Shown here one piece after another: positions 26,501-38,500 of a stretch of 64,000 nucleotides of DNA. Origin of the DNA: Callorhinchus milii (taxonomy: Eukaryota); contig NW_024704742.1 of assembly GCF_018977255.1 (NCBI RefSeq), positions 43,154,001 to 43,218,000 on the forward strand, written 5' to 3'. The stretch's first letter is position 1. Each line of letters starts with the position of its first letter. The translations under genes and the position numbers were made by a program. The notes under the pieces were generated by a model. The model was given only the letters and a program-made list of their open reading frames with translations, was not told the DNA's origin and searched no databases.

Positions 26501-29500
26501 GACAAAAACTTCCAACTGGTACTTATGTATGCATGAAAAAGTACTGAAGCCTGAGAGGAATAATATTCACACTGAAAAAAAATGTGATTTAATAATGGAA
26601 AAAACAATAGAAGGTGAAAACAGTGGTTATGACTAACTGGATGTAATTATAATGTAATTTAGTTACAACTTTAGCATAATTTGATAGGTACAATTGCAGA
26701 ATGATTTTACTCCAAATTAGATGATTGTTTCAAATGTTTGTTTACTCAACAAATCTGATCACATGAGTTTTGAAAACCATTTAAAATATTTCACTGATAT
26801 TCACTGATATGTGCTCGTACTGTTCCAAGTGCAAACGTTATTCACACCAGCCAGCATTTGGGGAAAGCAACTTGCATTTTTATAGCACCTCATACACTGA
26901 AAGTCTGGTAGTGCATTAAAGTAATTAACAGACTGTACAATTCAGAACAAGAGTCTTGTGGTCTGGACGCCAGGTTGAAGCAAATTTTCTCTATTGGGTG
27001 GAGAGTTAAAGGAAGGACCTGAATGCCTATGACAGTTACAAAATCAAACACTGCCTCTTCAAGTAGAAGGCAGTGTTTGGCACTGGAACTCCATCCCGCA
27101 GTCCCTCCGCCTCGCCCCCTCCCTTGCCTCCTTCAAGACCCATCTCAAGACCCTCCTCTTCGACCCAGCTTTTGATCACCCTCGTGCCCCCACTGCCCTC
27201 CACCCTACCCAATCCCGACCCTCAGCTTGGGTCCAAAACTCTGTCTGTCCAGCACCTTGGGACATCCTCCCGACGTGAAAGGCGCTATGCAAATTTAATT
27301 TTGTTGTTGAAGCAATCCCATCCCCCACTCCCATGTGTTCCTACTTCTGGATGGCAATATACCATCCCCATAGTAGCACTAGAATAAATGATCCATTTGT
27401 TGCAGTAGCAGTGTGTATAATGTGTACCAATGCATTCAGTACTACTACAATGGCGGAGACCGAATTCACACTGTTACATTAAGCCAAATAGCCAACTATT
27501 TTTAAACCGGAACACTTTTATGACTTAACTACTAATGTTAATCATCTCCATTATGAATAACTTCATGTAATTATAATAAAATTGGCAATTGCAGACAATT
27601 AAGTCTATCAGGCTTCTGGGCTTCAGCATTTCAATTTTATGCTCATTAAAGCAAGAGATGTCAGTCAAGGGAAATGGAATGGAATATTTTCCAGTTTGGG
27701 CACTCAGTGTTGGAATCAGGCACTCCCAGATCAAGTATGATGTTGCCACATGGACAGCAAAGCTCCTGTACTCTTATCTTAAAGGATTCATCATTCACAA
27801 GTCAAGAGTCGTTATTAGTCTCCTACATCCTTCTCAGTAACTGTACGGATCAACTTTTAAGACCCTCCACTCTCAAATGTTGGTCCACACATTTTGTCCA
27901 CATAGCCCACTGTACCGTGATCTCCCACGGCTCTACTCCTTGACCCACTTTCTCTGCTCCGCTAACTCTGGTTTACTTCATTGTTCCCCTCCACCCCACC
28001 ATTAGTGGTCAAACTTTCAGTCATTTGTCTCCGCCTCCGGACTCTTCCGAAATCTCTCTGCCTCGCTTCCTCTTTCATTCAAAATCCATCTGAAAATCTC
28101 TGTTTGACTGCCCCTTCTCTTACCTACACTCTAATTTTCTACCCAATTTGCACTCCCACTCTGCCTCCTGCAAGAAACATAATATATAAGCATCAACTGT
28201 TGTCATTGTTCATTATCGTTGTTTTCATTGATTAAAGAAATACTGTCCTAAAATTCCTCATCACACCATGAATTGTGCCTCTTGTTCTGCTGCTTTGTTA
28301 TATCTGAAAATAATACAATTTACTTTTTCTGTCCCAACAAGCATTTTATGAACCTCCAGAAGACCTCTCAGACACTTGTTTTTAGCGCTCTACCTTATCT
28401 AGTTATTTCTAATAGCTCATCCCTCTTCTACAAAGAATCAGCCTCAACGTTCTCTGTATTGTCTCTAGGGTAATAAACATATGTCAGGGTACACTGCACA
28501 ATATTCTAGGTGCATGCTGACCACGGAACCAGAGTTTGAGCATCATTTCCGGAAATCTGAATTTAACTGATTTTGTAATCGAGCCCATCATTTTATTCAT
28601 CCATTTATTGTTATCTCAGAAATATTTGAGCATTTTGAGTGACAAGACAACCAACACTCCTAAATCTTTTTAAAGTTCTTCTTGAGAAGCTGATATTGGT
28701 GGAGGGGGTGGGAAATCACACCTGTGCCAATCTTTAAGAATGGATAAAAAAAGAGATATTTCACAACAGATTCATTAACACATTTGAATCTTGTTATAAA
28801 ACATATCACTTTTCATTTCATGGAGGCAAGCACTGTCGATATTGCAAAATTGCCATGAATCATTCATTTGCTGACTATTTCCAAAATTCAATAGGTTAAA
28901 TACTAACTTTTAAAATGCTTAAAATATTGGTTCTGAGTGGAGAGTTCCAGCTGATCATTAACACCTGGAATATTGGACGTAAGGGACTCATTCTCTACAG
29001 CATATTCTCTAATGTACTGTCATTCCTCACAATTGGTCAGGAGTGAAATTTTAACTCAGAACTATTCTTAATAATATTGTAACTTTAAGGGTCCTATAGG
29101 CTTTGTTAATTCAAAACTATTGCAGATAAAGGTCTCATGTCACAGAGAATTCATTTTAAAACTAATTTATTTGTCAAAGATTTTCTATAAACACTTCTGT
29201 GATATTAAATGGGAATCGCCTTTGCAAAAAAGACATTGACAAAACATTTGAAAATATATTTTTTCTTTTAAAAAACCTGAAGCAAAACAACATTATTATA
29301 TAGAATGATGGCACTTGCCTCTTCTTGCTTCCTTTTCAAACAGTTAAAGGTTTCTCTTTTTTATGAAGATAAGGACCTTTAAAAGCCACACAAATGGATA
29401 GCAGGAAAGAAAAGGTAGTTGGTTTCCTGTGGTTGCTGCCAGAGTATTACGACTGTTGCTGCATAAATTCTGCTACCGGTGATCTCGTAGTCTAAGCTGA

Positions 29501-32500
29501 CACTCTAATGCAGTTTTGGGAGGAACTGCATTGTCACAGGTGCCGTTCTTTGGATGAGATACTAAAACAAGGTCCTATCTGCCTCTTCAGGAGGATGTAT
29601 AAGATCCCATAGGGGAGTTTCTACCAGTGTCCTCGCCAAAAAAAGGTAATTCACTTCAAGGCAAATTGACTACCGCATTCGTCTGTAAACACAGGGTCAA
29701 TACACTTCACAGGAATCTAAACCTTTGAAAGTGCAATGAAGCGTGATATCAAATGAAAGGATTGTGTTTCTTTTTTTTGTTTTTGAAGGACACTGGCTCT
29801 GCACAACACAGGGACTGAGCCTGCCCAATAAGCTTCTACAAAAAAATTACAAGGAAAATGCATCATTATTTCAGAGTTGGACATTCCCATTTTTTGAATC
29901 ATTACAATGTGTTGTGTGGTTTTCCCATTGGTGGCAACAAAAATGATAAGAGGAAAATCAGAAAATCCAGTCGCAGCCTGAATAAACAGGGTCAGGGAGC
30001 AACTAAGGTAACTCAGCAAATGGGGAAGACATGTCCACAAGAGGGCAACCTAGTGGTATTCTACTAGCAATAAGTCACACCACCTTCTGAGAACAGGCTT
30101 CCAAATGGTCATGACATTTGGAATCCAATGGAGAAAAATGCTAATTTGCATTGGATTTTTTAAAAAAATCTTAAATCAAAACATAGCCATAGCATATATA
30201 TCAGAGGAAAAAAAATACCAAATGGACAAATTAATTGCCCAGTGCTCCTTGAATTTTTCTTGGTAGAAACTGTTGAAGTCACTTTGAAGGCATTCACATC
30301 ATTTCCGTGCAACAGCTGAGGAGATCAGTTTATTTTGGACACAGAAGTAGAATTCCACCCCAATCCATAACTCTCTACCCAGTAAACTATAGTGGCCATT
30401 ATCAGATAAACATACCACCAATGAAAAATATGTCCCCACATGACAAAATGTAGCAACATAATTTGGCAGCAAGAAATTCCACCTCAGATTCAAAGAATCA
30501 TAATTAACATGGGATGAATCTCAAGTCACTGGTACACAGGGCAGCAAATCTCATTGTCTGATGGCGGGTATACTTACCAATGTTCAGCAGCCCAGCCAGT
30601 GCAGAATAAAATGCCCTCCCCACTAATGCCGCTAAATATACCAACAAATTTAATGAGAATCACTGGTCAACTGGATAAATGCTTGAGGAAAAAATATTGA
30701 GGGCTATGGGCAAAGCACAGGTGAATGAATCAGTGAAAGACATAGCAGCAGAGTAGACACAAAGGGCTAAATGACCTCTTCCTGGTCTGTTAATATTTTA
30801 TGATTGTATAATATTTTTTATACCTTTGTATTTTTGATTCTGCTAGTTTGAACGGAAGAATTTAAGAGTATGTTTTGAAATATTTTCATTGCCCCCCACC
30901 CCCCCACACACATATACCACAAGATGGCTAGGAAAGAATTTCAACAGATTTAGTAACTTATATTTGAAATCCCCATGTACTTTACAGTGAATACTCAGTG
31001 GAGAAGTTTGGATGCAGAAGGTAATTCCCAAGTGAGAAAGTTATAAAGGTCTGCCTCGTGAGACAATTCTATTCTGTATTCGAAAGTTCCCTACTGAGTA
31101 TTTTTGTTTACACAACATGAGCTTTGTGATAAATCATTTAAATGGAAATATTGAATAAATTATGGAAATGATGAAATGTGCATTAACAAAAATTTATCAC
31201 AGTCTGTGTGCTCACATGTGTTGTTATAAAATTTGATGTGCCATTTGCACCTTTATTTTATGATTGATATGTATAGCATCTGCATGAGAGAACAAAGCTG
31301 GAATCTAGGCCTAGAAGCAGCACGTAGTGACTGGCTGTCTCTCATTGTTAATCATTAGAGAGAAACAAAATATCTCCTTTGCACAATAAAAAGCGCTTTC
31401 AATTTAATCATCATTTTAAAGATGATGATATCACAAACTGAAAATGAATGCTTTATTTTTTCATTAGGAACTTTAGGTTTGTCTTAAAATCAATAACTAC
31501 ATTAGAAAGTCTCTTTTAACGGTTTGGATCCAATTATATTAAATGAAATGGAAAAACAATGTTATGAATAAGAAGAGCAATATTCTGTTATTCTGTTATC
31601 AGTATTTTGTTGGGCACATTCCCCTGTGGTCCATTCTAAAAGAGCTACTCTTTTGTATTTAATGTATGCCTTTATCAAATAGGACCGTATCTTTTCAAAA
31701 ATGCTGCCTAGATACCTTGTACCTGAAGGGTGAGGATTCATTAAATTAAGTCAAGATTGGGAAATTTTGTGGCTGAAAACTGGATGGAGAACACATTAGG
31801 GAAAAACCTTCTGAAAAGTTGTCAAATTTATAGTAATCGTCTTTCCTATGTTAAACAGAATCAAATCATATAAATTACAGCACAGAGGGCCATTTAGCCC
31901 ATGAAACCTAAAATGGTGCTACCTAAGGCACAAATCTGTGCAGAAAATGTCCATGTTTCTATGTTGATAACTACTCTAATCTCTTCAATTGTTTATCCAA
32001 TTCCCTTTTCAATATTATGGTCTCAGACAACTTTTGGTACAGCAATGTGGCCTCGCTATAACGCGCTTCACTATAGCAGAAATTTGCTCATCACATGGTT
32101 GCATTGTATACCCTGTTATTTGTGCAGAACTCCAGTTTTTGAAGAATATAGTTCTCTGCTACGGTAATGGAGGCTCTCAATCAAAGCAGCTTAACCATGC
32201 ACAGATGGAGGAAACTATCATGTCTTACCTGGAGTACCAGAGAGTTGTACACTCAGCGTACGTTCAATGGTCTTGTTCTCAAAAGGGGAGCCCTTGGGAT
32301 CACTGAAAAATATATGTTTATTTTTAATTTCCTTCAGTTGCTTAATCGATTTGCATCTAAAAATTTCAAATACAATGCTTCACTCAAATATGAGAAATCC
32401 TACAATTTTCTAAGAAACACTTACTTTGTTGATTCAGGTGTCAGGGGCAGGGACAAAGTAGTTGGTCTAGCTGCAAAATTTAAATAAGAAATGCTTTAGT

Positions 32501-35500
32501 TACTGGTAACCTAAAACATTAGCTTTTAGCTTTGCCTTTCTGTGTTGCATTTTGCCAATTACATGAAAAGAATACCTTAGCAAAATAAAGGGCCACATTT
32601 CGATTAAACAGCCACAAGTGCACAAAGTTATTCTAGAGGTTAATGAGCACATTGGAAGATATTTTTACTGTCGTTATCAAGTTTCTCCCTATACTCCTTG
32701 CCTAATGGTGTATTAAGACTCCCTTTTCCCTTATACTGTGAGTAAAGTTCCAAAGGCGCTTTGTATCTCCAGTACCTCCTTCACCTTATAGGATCAATGC
32801 ATTTAGGAGCAGGAACCATGTCTAATTTTGCTTCTGAACTTTGGACCCCTAAAGCCTATTGTAGCATCCCTCCTGCTGCCCTGACTGAGATTGACTAACT
32901 CAGCACAGACTGCAGATTGAACCCAAGACCTTTTCAGTCTACATGACTCAACTACTCACTGCATTAACTCACCGAGCCATTGGGGGAAGCTGCACAGAAA
33001 TGATTTGCTGTGTACTTTGATGGAAAGATTAACTAGTTTCCCTCAGGTGAAATCTTATCATCAAAATTACAAAGAATTGAAATAAATCATGCTCATTTGC
33101 AATAAACCAGTAATGATCTCAATATTGGAGAAACACCGCCAAAACATAGAAATGTTTGCATATCGTGGGGACTGGAAATCATTTATTTATGGCTGTATAA
33201 GAAATAGTTTTGTTTTATTCTATAATTATTAGGCTGTGCGCTAGATTTATTTTGACCCCTTCAGTAGCATATTACTGGCTGCAATGTTAATAAATCAGCT
33301 GATGCATTATCAAAGATTTATGATCGGAAAGAACACTTGATGCACAATACATAGTAAAATTGTAACACCTTAAAGCATTCCCAGAAGGAATTATAACCAA
33401 AATGAGAAGTAGTCACATGGTTGCCAAGAAAAGAATAAAATGAAAATAATAGAAATAGGAAAATCAATGCAAAAGAATTGTATCACATTTAAAATTAGCT
33501 GGATATTTTGTGACTATCATTTATTATACTAAAAGCAATTTGACACACCCATTACCATTTGTATACAGCAACAAAACTCATGAATAGATAACTACAATAA
33601 ATCATAAGTCAGCAGTTTGCTTTTCATTATAATCTTAAGGTATAATGACAATTTTGTCATCATAATGACAATGCGCAGTACAATGACAATTTTGTTTAAA
33701 AGCAAAATTTGTTTTTAAGCTGCAGTTACGTGTTATACAGGTAAAGTCATATAAGTCGTATCAGTCAGGACCATAACATTTAATATGACTTACATATAGT
33801 ATGAGTTACAGGCAAATTTGCATTAGTTGTATCGTATGGGGTTTTATACAACGAACACATACCAAGTACAAAGTCCTTGTCATTACCGTGTGTTTAGTAG
33901 TATCTGTATTGCCTGATGCCAGAATGACGGATCAAGACTTTGGTTTCTGCGCTTGTTTCAACAGAGTACACTGTACTATACTGCGCTTGCGGTACTTCAA
34001 CACTGCAGCCAGTAAGTGCACATGCGGTGATGGGTCAAGATTTCATTTCCGCAATTGTTTCAAACGGAACATTGTGCATGCGTATTTCAATTCAGTGGTA
34101 AGTTCTCATGAGGTGACGGGCCAAGACTTGGTTTTCCATGCTTGTTCCAAATGGAACACTGTGCACGCATACTTCAATACAGCCAGTAAGTGTGGTAGTG
34201 GCATTACACGTTAGATAATTTACAATACAATACAAAATTACATTTGTAAAGCGCCTTTCACGTCGGAAGGACATCCCAAGGACTTAGGATGTCAGTCAGG
34301 ACTTAGGATCTGAGCAGGGGATTGGAATCGGGGAGGATAGAGGGCAACCAGGGCAGGGAGGGTAGGGATAGAAGGGTGACCGAAGGCACGGTCGAAGAGG
34401 AGGGCCTTGAAGTGTGCCTTGAAGGCGGCAAGGGAGGGAGGGAGCGAGGCAAAGGGAATGTGGGATGGAGTTCCAGAGGGTGGGGGCAAAGAGGCTGAAG
34501 GCCCAAACCACCGATGGGCGGGGACGGGCCAGGCAAGGGACATGGAGCAGGCCGGAACCTGCTGAACGGAGGGAGTGGACAGATTGATAAGGGGTTAGCA
34601 GGTCGGAGAGGTAGGAGGGGGCAAGACCATATAGGGCTTTGAAGTTGAGGACAAAAATTTTGAACTCGATCCTCTGAAGGATAGGGAGCCACTGAAGCCA
34701 GGCGAGGGTGGGTGTGAAGGGGTCACGGAGCCTGGTGTGGGAGAGGACACGAGCTGCAGAGTTCTGGATGATCTGCAGCTTGTGGAGGGAAGGCCGACAA
34801 GCAGGGCATTGGCACAGTCGAGATTTGCAGTGAATTTAGGATTATTTGGGACCAGGAAACCATTATGATTTAGACATTTATCCAACGTATAAAATACAAC
34901 TAGCGCTAAGAAATCTAAGCATTTTTTGGTAGGAAACTGAATGGGACTCGGATGCATGTAAGTCAAAGGCGATTATACAATTTATAAAGAGACGACTTGT
35001 GCGAGTTTTACTGTATTATTAAGTAGCAAAATTGATAAGCCAGTGACACATCCATAGAGGATGCACATTGGAGACTAGTGGTTTATGAACGGGCCAAAAG
35101 TCCCATATTTTGCAAAAATCAAACATGCATATTTATGTCATTCACATGATTGATAAAAGAATTGTGGGAAACTAATGATCAATGAGTTAGCAGACTGTCC
35201 TTTCAAATTGAAACTTGGATTTGAACACAATTCAGTCTAATAAGCTGTAAGTATTCCCTATTGTTGGTTGTAAAGATCCTAGGTAAAATGAGTTTGAGTT
35301 GGCCAAAATTAGCTTTCATCGACCATGGGGTCAGAGTGTATAAGAGCCTTGACTAGATCCGAGATGGCATGAAATTGACAATTTCACTCCTTAAGGCCTT
35401 AAGGATGGGTGTTGTTGGAAATGGATATGTTGTTCTAATGTTCTTCTGAAGAAGGAACTGAAGCATATTGCTGAGGCAATGAGTTACGCTGAAGCTATTT

Positions 35501-38500
35501 GTACTATACCTGACCTAGAGTTCATTCAAAAGACTTTAAGGACATAGATATAAAATTATAAAATAATTAAGACTCAAGTAGACACAAAGATGCTTCCTTA
35601 CTTCCCCCCCCACCCCCCCCACCCCAACCTTACCCCCCAGTAGAAAAGCAGTCAATACTGAAAAACAGTTAATATTGTGCCGATTGATTCACTCCACAGT
35701 AAGTATCTGGAAATGAAGGTTATAGGCTAGCACAGACCAAAATGAGAAAATACTGCATTTAAAATTTCTTATATATACTGTTTGTAATCCAATTTCAGAT
35801 TAGTACACTGTGAATGCCACTCTACAACTTGGACAGGTGTGTTGTGCTAGTTGTGCAAAACATGTGTAAATGAATGTGTACAGACAGAATTCCCAGTGTC
35901 TTCAATAATGTAATTATCAACTGATGAAAAGTACCATAGAATCTATAACCCTGGTTAATTATGGGCACATGGAATTCTTGCTGGACATACGGTTTACACA
36001 GAGTTTACACAATTCACATAATAGACCCACTATCTCTGGACTGGTGAGAATACGGACATCAATAATTATGATATGGAATGATATAATCAAAGACTGCAGA
36101 GTGATATGTATGATAATATCATGTAAAGCAGTCTAGCACTGGGGAAAAACAGATAAAAATCAATTTAATCTCTTCAAAATGATTTTGTAGCATTAAAGTA
36201 TCAAAATAGATTTTAAAAAAACACACACCAGGAGCATTTATTTTGATGAAATACTAAACTCCTCTCCTGATGGTTTGGGGAGAAAATCTGCTGAAATTTC
36301 GTTCACTGACAGCAAAAAACATATTGCCCTTTCAGGAAACCGTCAATAACTGCACTTAAACACTGCTCAAGCATTGTAAATTAATACGTGTTGTGAATTC
36401 TGTACTCATTTAAATGATAATACAAAGTAATGGACATTTCCTCTTTGTCTCCGTGATAGCACAGAGCACTTGCAGGCTTGAATAGCACTGGTTAGTGTAG
36501 TTTCAGCTCCTTTTATAAAGTCCGAACAATGTCCTTAAATTCAACCTGAGAAGGGCACCTCTACAACAACAATGTGAAATGTTCTTTTGTATGCCAGCCA
36601 TCCTTATCAGCCTCGAGGAGTGAGATTGCTCAACTCGTGCCAAATGAAGGATGGCTTTATGTTCTGGATTCATGCCAGCTGGGAACAAGTTTGAACCTGC
36701 TGTGACCCAATTCACTAGGAACTCTTAACTGCCATTAGACAGGATACCTTACTCTGATCCATCTTGTCTCGGTTGGATTAGAACCAAAGTCCTAAAGTCA
36801 AATAAAGCAGTGGTCTAGCTCACCAGACTATCCAGTTCAAAGAGCCTGTCTTTCATATGTGAATTTCCTGACTTCCTTCATAAATTATCAATCGGGATGT
36901 TGTAATCTAGGAGATTTTTTTTGACATATTTTGTTAGCTGACTTCGAAAGATTGTTTGGAGCCTTCCTATTATTTAATGTTTGGACTAATTTGCTACCAA
37001 TTGCAAATCAAGACATTGATAATGTTGGGAAACCTCTGGTGCTGTGGATGGACTGTAGTAGCACTACATCAGTTCTAAGACAACTTTAACATACAGTTCA
37101 ACAAGCCCAGGGCCCAACGTTCTTCACAGTCAATACTAACTGTTTGGTTGCACTACTACCAATACAATTCTATCAACATGATATTGCCATCCTATTCTTA
37201 CCTTGCAGAGGATGTGACTGTTGAGATTGCATTTGCACCTTCTTTTTGGCGATGCCTTTGTCTTTACTACTAGTTTTGTGGTCATTTGATTTAGACTGAG
37301 GAGGGTCATCACTTGCAGTCAAGTACTTGAGCAATTCTGTGCATGGACGGCGCTGTGCCTGGGACTTCAGTTGTTGGCAAATGTTCCTCGGCTTATTACT
37401 CGATGTAGCCTCAGTCTTACAAAGACATAATGAAACATCAACATTAGTAAAAGTGCTTAATACAATCTATTCAGCACATTCGCTCTTCCCGTTTGGAAAA
37501 AAAGGTGCCCCTGTCAAGGTTGTGTTTATCGTTTTTTTGCTTATACAATAGGTCAACAACAAAAAAACAAAGACAATTGTAGCAAGAGGGGCATCGTTTT
37601 ACTCGGTTGTTAAGGGTCACATTGCAAGCTTATTTTAGACAGAGCATGTTGAACAACATGAATAGATTATTAGGAAGTAAATGCTAGGACGCTAGATACA
37701 TTTAGGAAACAGCTGATGCTGTAATGGTTAAATAGTAGAGTGGATATTATGCGGGTATGAGATCAAATGGGCCAAAACTACATTGTGATATGTCATGTAA
37801 ATGAATTTGGTTGCTCAATGTTAACAAATGTTTTCATTGTGCACACCTTCAATTTTACTGACCAGTGGAATTTCGTTCCCCGGATATCTCAAGAAATGAA
37901 TGCTGGGAGCTGCTGGGCACACTGCTTCATAACAAAAGGGTTTGGTGTTTGAGCCAAGACATCCAAGATTTGTCATGTAAGTATAAGTGTCACAATATTG
38001 TATTTTGACACAACTTTCCATCGTCGTATTGTATGTTTACAAATAAAAAGTCGCTCAAACTTTTTTTTGTGAAGGTGGTGTCACTTTAAGAAAGATAACT
38101 ACACTGTGATATCCACTGCAGCATTCCTAGGTTTCCATTTTGAAGATAACACTTGCAGAGAAAAATTCAGGCATTTGGCTACATTTTTTCCACCAATACC
38201 CCTGTGGATACCCTGTAGAAAATCTAGCCCAATGCTTTTTGAATTCTGTTTAACTTGTTGTTCTTTCTGCAATCTGTTAAGAATCCAGCATTCACTACAA
38301 TTGTTTCTCAATAGTATAATATTGACTTTAGACACAATACCAGCAGCTGATTACAATGTCACTCTACAATGGTATTTCACTGATACTTATACGTTCCATG
38401 ATTATAATGTTAATTAACTCAGTCTAAATGCTAAGTATGTCACGGATGCTCAGTTCAGATGCTGCTGGGAATCTATACGCTCTTGCTGAATCATTGTTAT

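Larger units (their letters stand above)
33738..35013. mobile_element. Tigger/pogo-type non-autonomous element with internal tandem repeats
   Basis: TA|CAGGTAAAGTCATATAAGTCG ... CGACTTGTGCGAGTTTTACTG|TA imperfect TIRs. Confidence 0.55.
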
